Positions 58,488 through 64,000 of a DNA stretch of 64,000 bases are shown here, in pieces. This DNA comes from Sedimentisphaerales bacterium (GTDB lineage: Bacteria > Planctomycetota > Phycisphaerae > Sedimentisphaerales > Anaerobacaceae): contig OY970194.1 of the NCBI GenBank assembly GCA_963708075.1, forward strand, positions 1,472,001-1,536,000. The letters run 5' to 3'. The translations under genes were made by a program, and so were the position numbers. Every line of letters begins with the position of its first letter. Within the stretch, counting starts at the first letter, position 1. The notes under the pieces are model-generated. The model made no database searches, had not been told where the DNA came from, and saw nothing but the letters and a program-made list of their open reading frames with translations.

Positions 58488-60122
58488 ATGAGCATGACCA
58501 CGTTCGACGCTTTTCTCAGTTACAGCCGCAAGGACGGGAAGGAGGCTGCTGCGCTCAAGAAGGAACTTGAGCAGCGTGACCTGCGCATCTGGTTTGATGA
58601 GACTCAGATCGTGCCGGGAGATCGCTGGCAGTCGAAGATGGAGGAGGGCTTCAAGAACTCGAATGCCGTCCTTTATCTGTACGGGCCTTCGGGGACCGGG
58701 CCGTGGCAGGAGGTGGAGCGCTTCCTGGCGCTCACTCTGGAGGTCACGGAGAACAAGAGACTCATCCCCATTCTGCTCCCCTCCGGCAAGACTCCCGACG
58801 ACTTGCCCATGCTCCTGCGGGGACTGGCGTGCGTGAGCTTCGAGAAAAGTGTCTCCGAGCGCGGCGTGCTGGACAGCCTTGTCCATGCGATTACTGGTCA
58901 ACGGCCGGAATCTGCCAAACCGCCGCCACCAGAGCCGGTATCGCCGGAGCCGGTGCCGACGCGAGGCACGAAGGTTGACCCAGGGCTGCGTAGACAAGCA
59001 ATCAGGAACCTTGCGGGGGCGCTCGCATCAGGTCCGGTCACCTTCTTCCTGGGTCCCAACGCGTCACCCGGGCGAGACGACTCCTACCCTCCGTGTGCCA
59101 GTGAGGTCACGGGCCGCCTCATGCGGGAATCTGAGTTGATCAAGGACTGCCCCAAGAATCCCCCGTGCTTTCCCCGAGACGTGGCCTGCGACTACTTCTG
59201 CGTCCAGCAATCCAAGCAACTCCTCGAGGACGAGGTGGCCGCGGTGATCCAGAAACACAGTCGTCAGATCCCGCTTGTATACGAGAAACTTGCAGGCCTT
59301 CTGGCGAAGACGCTCCAGACGAGGGGCACCACTCAGCGACACCACAAGCATCCCCAGCTCGTGGTGACCACGAACTTGGACGTTCTCATGGAACGGGCTT
59401 TGTTGCGACAGCGGATTCCCTTCACCCGGCTCGTCGTGAACTTGACCGAGCGCACGATGGAGATCAACCAGTATTGGGAGGAACAGACACAGAACGGACC
59501 GGAGAAAGGCAAAATCGTGCTCGCTACGGATCTCCGCCAAGACGCGGGTGACGAGAAGCTTGACGAGTTCATCCGCGACCATGGGCGATCTCTTTTCGAC
59601 CCCAGCCACAGGGATGACGAGAGAGAAGGCGACAACTCGCCCGAGGGGCCGGAGGGCCAGCCGATCGTCAGCGAGTTGCCTCCACTCGATCCCGCGCCGG
59701 TCCTGATGAAGTACTGCGGTTCAGTGGACCTGCCGGGCACCTGTACCCTATCGAGCGAACAGGCAATGCAGATCGCTGCCGCGGGGGTGGACATGCCGTC
59801 AGGGATCGGGGCCATAATCAACAACACCCCTTGGCTCTTCCTCGGCTATGGACTTTTCGATCCGGAGTTGCGCCTCCTCTGCCATACCGTGCTGCGAGAG
59901 TCTCGGAACACCCCGGCCAGACAGCGCGACGCCCGCTATGCTGTCCTGCCCCACCCCGCCGACGATCCGTTCGACACGGCGCGCCAGATGGAAATCCCCA
60001 TCTGGGAAAACGTCAAGGCACGCTGGACCGACTGGCGCAGCGGCACGCACTTTGTCGAGTCGCGTATCGACACCTTTCTCGACGACCTCGTGAAGGAACT
60101 CTCCAGGGTGAGCGGCCAATGA
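58488..60122 (+). CDS. TIR domain fused to a SIR2-like (SIR2_2) domain
   Basis: TIR: FDAFLSYSRKD, IWFD, PGDRW, GPWQEVE, LIPILL; Pro-rich linker; SIR2-like: TFFLGPNAS, VVTTNLDVLMERAL, MKYCGS, WLFLGYGLFDPELR. Confidence 0.88.
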   Translation: MSMTTFDAFLSYSRKDGKEAAALKKELEQRDLRIWFDETQIVPGDRWQSKMEEGFKNSNAVLYLYGPSGTGPWQEVERFLALTLEVTENKRLIPILLPSGKTPDDLPMLLRGLACVSFEKSVSERGVLDSLVHAITGQRPESAKPPPPEPVSPEPVPTRGTKVDPGLRRQAIRNLAGALASGPVTFFLGPNASPGRDDSYPPCASEVTGRLMRESELIKDCPKNPPCFPRDVACDYFCVQQSKQLLEDEVAAVIQKHSRQIPLVYEKLAGLLAKTLQTRGTTQRHHKHPQLVVTTNLDVLMERALLRQRIPFTRLVVNLTERTMEINQYWEEQTQNGPEKGKIVLATDLRQDAGDEKLDEFIRDHGRSLFDPSHRDDEREGDNSPEGPEGQPIVSELPPLDPAPVLMKYCGSVDLPGTCTLSSEQAMQIAAAGVDMPSGIGAIINNTPWLFLGYGLFDPELRLLCHTVLRESRNTPARQRDARYAVLPHPADDPFDTARQMEIPIWENVKARWTDWRSGTHFVESRIDTFLDDLVKELSRVSGQ

Positions 60123-62221
60123 CAACAACGACTGGAAACGACTCCAATCTCGGTCCCTACAAAGGGCCTGACAGCTACGAGATACGCGATGCCCTGCTTT
60201 TCCAGGGTCGTGAGCGGGAGGCTCGCGATCTGGTTTCGCTTGTCCTGTCCGCACGGCTGTCCTTGCTCCACGCCGCCTCGGGGGCCGGCAAGACATCGCT
60301 CCTGAACGCCCGCGTGCAGCCCGGTCTTGCCGCACTGGGCTGGCTTCCGATCCGCGTGCGTCCCGGCTTCAACCCGGTTGAAGCCATCAAGGTCGAGACG
60401 CTCAAGCGAGTCTTCGTCTGTCCAGTGCTCGAAGTCCAGGCCGTGGAGCGAGCCCGCCATGAGCTTGGTCTCGCGGACGATGTGTATCTGGGTGATCTGC
60501 TGTGCAGGTACCGCGAACTCCCTGTCTCCGACGACCGCAAGCGCACACTGCTCGAACCGCTTCCGAGCCCTGTTCAAGGCTTCGGCAAGATCTCGCCGTT
60601 CTGCTGTGCATGGCTCCAGGAAATCATCGACGACGCCACGTTCGCCGATTACATACAAGCCGTCCTCGCCGAGAGTAGCGGACTCGACGGCAGGATCGGC
60701 GGCGACACGACGCTGGACGCGTTTGTGAAGTTGCTCTCAAGCCCGGAAGCCGACCGGTGCTACCGCACTGTGCTTGCGAAAGTGAACGTCCCCGCGATTG
60801 GGCTGGCGCCCTTCTTCGACAATCTCTTCGCCGTACATGGGAGTCGGCCGCCGAAGCTCTCCCTGGTGCTGATCCTCGATCAGTTCGAGGAGTTGTTCAC
60901 CCGCTTCACGGACCCCGGGCCGCCGCCGCCGGACGCGCCGGAAGAGCTGCTCAGGAGGCGTCGCGAGCAACCGGATTGGCGACTGCGGCTGCGCTTTTTC
61001 GAAGAGCTTGAACAGATCTACCGCAGCGGAGGATCATGTGAACGCAGCTCGAACAGCGTCCTGCCCATCCGGTATCTGATTTCGCTGCGCGATGACTACA
61101 TCGCAAAACTCGATCCATTGCGGAGGTTCGTTCCCGAACTCGATCGGTCAGCGTATCACCTGGAGATGCTCGGCCGGCAAGAGGCAGCCCTGGCGATCCG
61201 CGAGCCGGCAGACCAATACGGCTACCGATACTCCAACGAGCTCTTTCAGCGGATCATTGAAGAGCTCACGCGGGAGGGACGTTACATCGAACCCGCCCAC
61301 CTCCAGATGGTCTGTGACAAGCTCTGGCGGGAGAGCGGCCGCGAGCTCTCCCGGAGAGCATATACCGATGGCTCGAACGCCGGCGAGATGTCTGTGACCG
61401 TGTTGAACGATCTACAGGGGACGCAGGGTATCTTCGATTCCGTGCTGACCGACTTTCTGAACGCCAATCTCGCGAGCGACGCTCAGCGGAATGAGGCCAT
61501 CGAGCTTCTGGAACCCCTCATCACATGCAGCTACACGCGAAACATCGTGGAGCGGGATAGTCTGGTCCACGCGCCCTTGAAGGACGCCGGGCTGCGCGCC
61601 GAGATTCTGGAGAAGCTCGAACGCGGGCGGATCGTCCGCGTGGAGACCCGCAACGACGGCTACTTCGTCGAAATCACCCACGAGTTCCTCATCCCTGCGA
61701 TCATGAAGCGCACGCGTGCCTTGCGATCCAATGCACAGCACGCTCACCGGAGCACTGCCATCCTCAGCATGTCCCGCCTGAGGGACAGGAATCTGACCGG
61801 CAGAACCTCCAACCTGCTATCGGAGCGCGAGTACGAGGCCCTCGATGAGGTCAGGGAGGGCCTCAAGTGGCCGGACTGGGGCATCGAGGTCATGCTGCGC
61901 AGCGCGATGGGTGTCGGCGGAGGCCCCGAGGCCATCCTCTACTGGGCGAATCGTTTCGAAACCGAGTGCAGCGTGCCGCCGATCGACGACCTGCGCGAGC
62001 GCATGAAGAGTCTGGCCTCAGATGAGTGTTGGCTTAACCTCGAGGAGTTGGCGCTCCTGCTTGCCCATGACCGGAAAGCCCCGGACGCAACGCTGCCGAG
62101 GCGGGACTGGTCCGACAAGGAACTTGACCTGATCCTGCGCAGCATTCTTACGGGAGCCGATGAAACCCGCGAGGCAGACGTCATCCACTGGACATTGCGA
62201 CATGGAGACACGCATGCGTGA
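60119..62221 (+). CDS. STAND P-loop NTPase (nSTAND1-like), 700 aa
   Basis: PYKGPDSY...LFQGRERE, Walker A AASGAGKTSLL, Walker B LILDQFEELFT, ISLRDDY, AIREPA, HLQMVCDKLW, VEITHEFL; ATGA overlap with the upstream gene. Confidence 0.9.
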   Translation: MTTTTGNDSNLGPYKGPDSYEIRDALLFQGREREARDLVSLVLSARLSLLHAASGAGKTSLLNARVQPGLAALGWLPIRVRPGFNPVEAIKVETLKRVFVCPVLEVQAVERARHELGLADDVYLGDLLCRYRELPVSDDRKRTLLEPLPSPVQGFGKISPFCCAWLQEIIDDATFADYIQAVLAESSGLDGRIGGDTTLDAFVKLLSSPEADRCYRTVLAKVNVPAIGLAPFFDNLFAVHGSRPPKLSLVLILDQFEELFTRFTDPGPPPPDAPEELLRRRREQPDWRLRLRFFEELEQIYRSGGSCERSSNSVLPIRYLISLRDDYIAKLDPLRRFVPELDRSAYHLEMLGRQEAALAIREPADQYGYRYSNELFQRIIEELTREGRYIEPAHLQMVCDKLWRESGRELSRRAYTDGSNAGEMSVTVLNDLQGTQGIFDSVLTDFLNANLASDAQRNEAIELLEPLITCSYTRNIVERDSLVHAPLKDAGLRAEILEKLERGRIVRVETRNDGYFVEITHEFLIPAIMKRTRALRSNAQHAHRSTAILSMSRLRDRNLTGRTSNLLSEREYEALDEVREGLKWPDWGIEVMLRSAMGVGGGPEAILYWANRFETECSVPPIDDLRERMKSLASDECWLNLEELALLLAHDRKAPDATLPRRDWSDKELDLILRSILTGADETREADVIHWTLRHGDTHA

Positions 62222-64000
62222 CACACTGGCCCTGATCGAGGAATTTCTAAGTTCATCGCAAGCTACGCACATCCGCTGTAACGCGAGCACCGCGCTTGGG
62301 CGCTCTCCTCTGACCCTGCTGCGGATCATCGCGACCGCAGCAAGGCCAGTATGGAACGGCTGGCCCTCATCGCGGTAAGCGATCCGTCCAGGGAGGTGCG
62401 CGACCATGCGGTCGACATCCTCCGCCGCGCCGCTGCCGGCAACCGTGCGCCGGAGGTGGTGCAGGCGGCCGTGGAGAAGCTGAACGAGACAACAAAGCCT
62501 GACGTGCGGCGCCGCGTCTACTCGCTGCTTGGCCAACTGCGAGCAGAGGGTATCACAGGGGCCCCAAGCGGTTCTCGGGGCTTCACTCCGGCGGCTGAGA
62601 ATGATTGCCTCGATCAAGTGCCTCCCGGACGCGGAAGTGAAACAGAGCTTCCAGTGGCGCCCTATATGGCTGGCGGCTGCCGGCACGCTGCCGGGCGCCT
62701 TTGTTCTCGCTCTCCTGGCGTTCCTCTTCGCTGCTCCGCTGACGTCGGAGGTGGTGCCCGCGCTGCTCATTTTTTCGCCGCTCGTGGGTGCGGGTTCTCA
62801 GCCTTGTCGCTACGCAACAAGCCATCCCCATAGGACTGCACTACGACCGTCTTGCCGGCGGCCTGATGGCAATTGTCCGCGCCGTCATGTGGTCGGTCCT
62901 GCCTTCCTTTCTTCTGGCGGCATTCATGTTTTCTGAGGCCCCCTCTTCCGCTCGCGTGTTTCCTGTCTGTCTCGCCAGTGCCTTGACGCTACCCATCGTG
63001 CTGGCTTCGGTGAAACTCGGGTCACTTCTCGCTCACGGGATCACGGCAAGGCCGTGGATAGCCTTGGGTGTACATGCCGCATCGGGTACCGCAGTCGGAC
63101 TCATCACTACCCTCGCTCTCGCCTGGCGATACCCTTCTCTCACAGACGAGACGGACTGGCCAGAAGTGATCTACTTGTGCTGGGCGATCCTGAGCCCCGC
63201 GATCGTGGGTCTGGCCGTGGCCTTCGCCGATATTGAGAGTCGGTCCGTACCACCACGGCGCGGCGCGGGCTGGGCGCGCACCTCGGTCGTCGTTTTGTCC
63301 GGCCTGGTCTGCGCGTACCTCCTCATCAAGCCCATCGGGCTCCGCCTCATGGAGCCCGTCCCGAGAGAGGACCTCTCCACAGTTCTAGCCGGGCGGCCAA
63401 TGCGCCCCATCGAAACAAGATTCGACCGGATGCTCAGCACTGACTCCGTACAGATCCTGGTCAGCGACAAGGGCTTTCCGCTCCACCGTCTGGATGCGAA
63501 TAGAGAGCCGACCGTGCGCTCGACGGGCCCCGAGAAAGGCAGGAACTTGGTGCCAGTGCACAGACTGTCCATGGGCAGGGTCTTCTGGCTACTGCAACCG
63601 GGTCGCTACCTGCTGCGCCTGACCAGCGCATCCGGCACAACGGATCTCACGGATCTGTTCCCGAGGCTATCCAATCCAACGGCATCCAGTGATTACATTA
63701 GAGCCATCTCGCTGACGCTGAATCCTCTTGGCGCCCAGGAGATAAGCCGAAATCCGGAGGTCTCACCCCGCGAGGCAGATCCCAATGGAACTACAGTCGT
63801 GGTATGGAAAACCAACCCCAAGAGGTTGCCTCTCGATGTCTCGTTCGAAGTCAGCCTCCCGCGGCAGGATATCTATGTCAGTCTATCGGATCCCGATCCC
63901 GAAGGCTACACCTCGCGCCTACTAAGGGTGACGCTGCTGGACAGCCAGAAACGCGACGTTGCCAACCGGACCGACCCGCCCTCGTTTGCACGCAGACTCT
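62214..64000 (+). CDS. HEAT-repeat + about 7 TM + extracytoplasmic domain protein; frameshifts at about 62297, 62570-62576 and 62793-62799; incomplete at window end
   Basis: GGAG RBS, start overlaps the STAND stop; HEAT-like IRCNASTALG, DPSREVRDHAVDIL, PDVRRRVYSLLGQL; hand translation of the frame from 62797 is open to 64000, with seven hydrophobic segments overall. Confidence 0.7.

Noticed and set aside
58488..60122. Canonical Thoeris (thsA/thsB)
   Set aside because: No SLOG or Macro domain, TIR and SIR2 are fused, and the neighbours are a STAND NTPase and a membrane protein.
60119..64000. STAND and 7TM genes being one fused ORF broken by an error
   Set aside because: The junction has its own GGAG RBS 6 nt before ATG 62214 and a typical 8-nt overlap, and lacks the error-prone motif. 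Not fully excluded without reads.

Overview
High-GC bacterial chromosome segment, most likely from a planctomycete. The PVC-signature small basic protein is at 31782-32078; Phycisphaerae/Sedimentisphaerales is an inference. From left to right: part of a Tad/Flp pilus locus (cpaB, tadE, prepilin peptidase, a 56-aa Flp pilin missing from the ORF track, and a divergent tadG-like gene), an NtrC-type regulator, a hom-apgM-lysC operon, dacB, a GT-C glycosyltransferase, two CNNM/CBS genes, two-component genes, an nfeD-nfeD-floA operon, tatA, several exported enzymes (MBL fold, GH16, serine hydrolase fusion, PL1), a 1680-aa secreted protein, HtrA, an MBOAT/SGNH-like pair, a MacA/MacB-like pair, an M50 protease, a mosaic of REP-like repeats, tRNA-Pro(CGG) and priA. 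An accessory region follows (about 55.0-64.0 kb). It ends in the best candidate for a new system: a translationally coupled operon of a TIR-SIR2-like fusion, an nSTAND1-type NTPase, and a HEAT + ~7TM + extracytoplasmic protein that runs off the window. Many genes are frameshifted, probably from long-read indel errors. Seven of these frameshifts are a +1 insertion inside the hexamer GGTCTC/GAGACC, which hints at host methylation of that site. A D/E-P-N tripeptide appears only in exported proteins. All family assignments come from motif recognition by eye; no database search was run.
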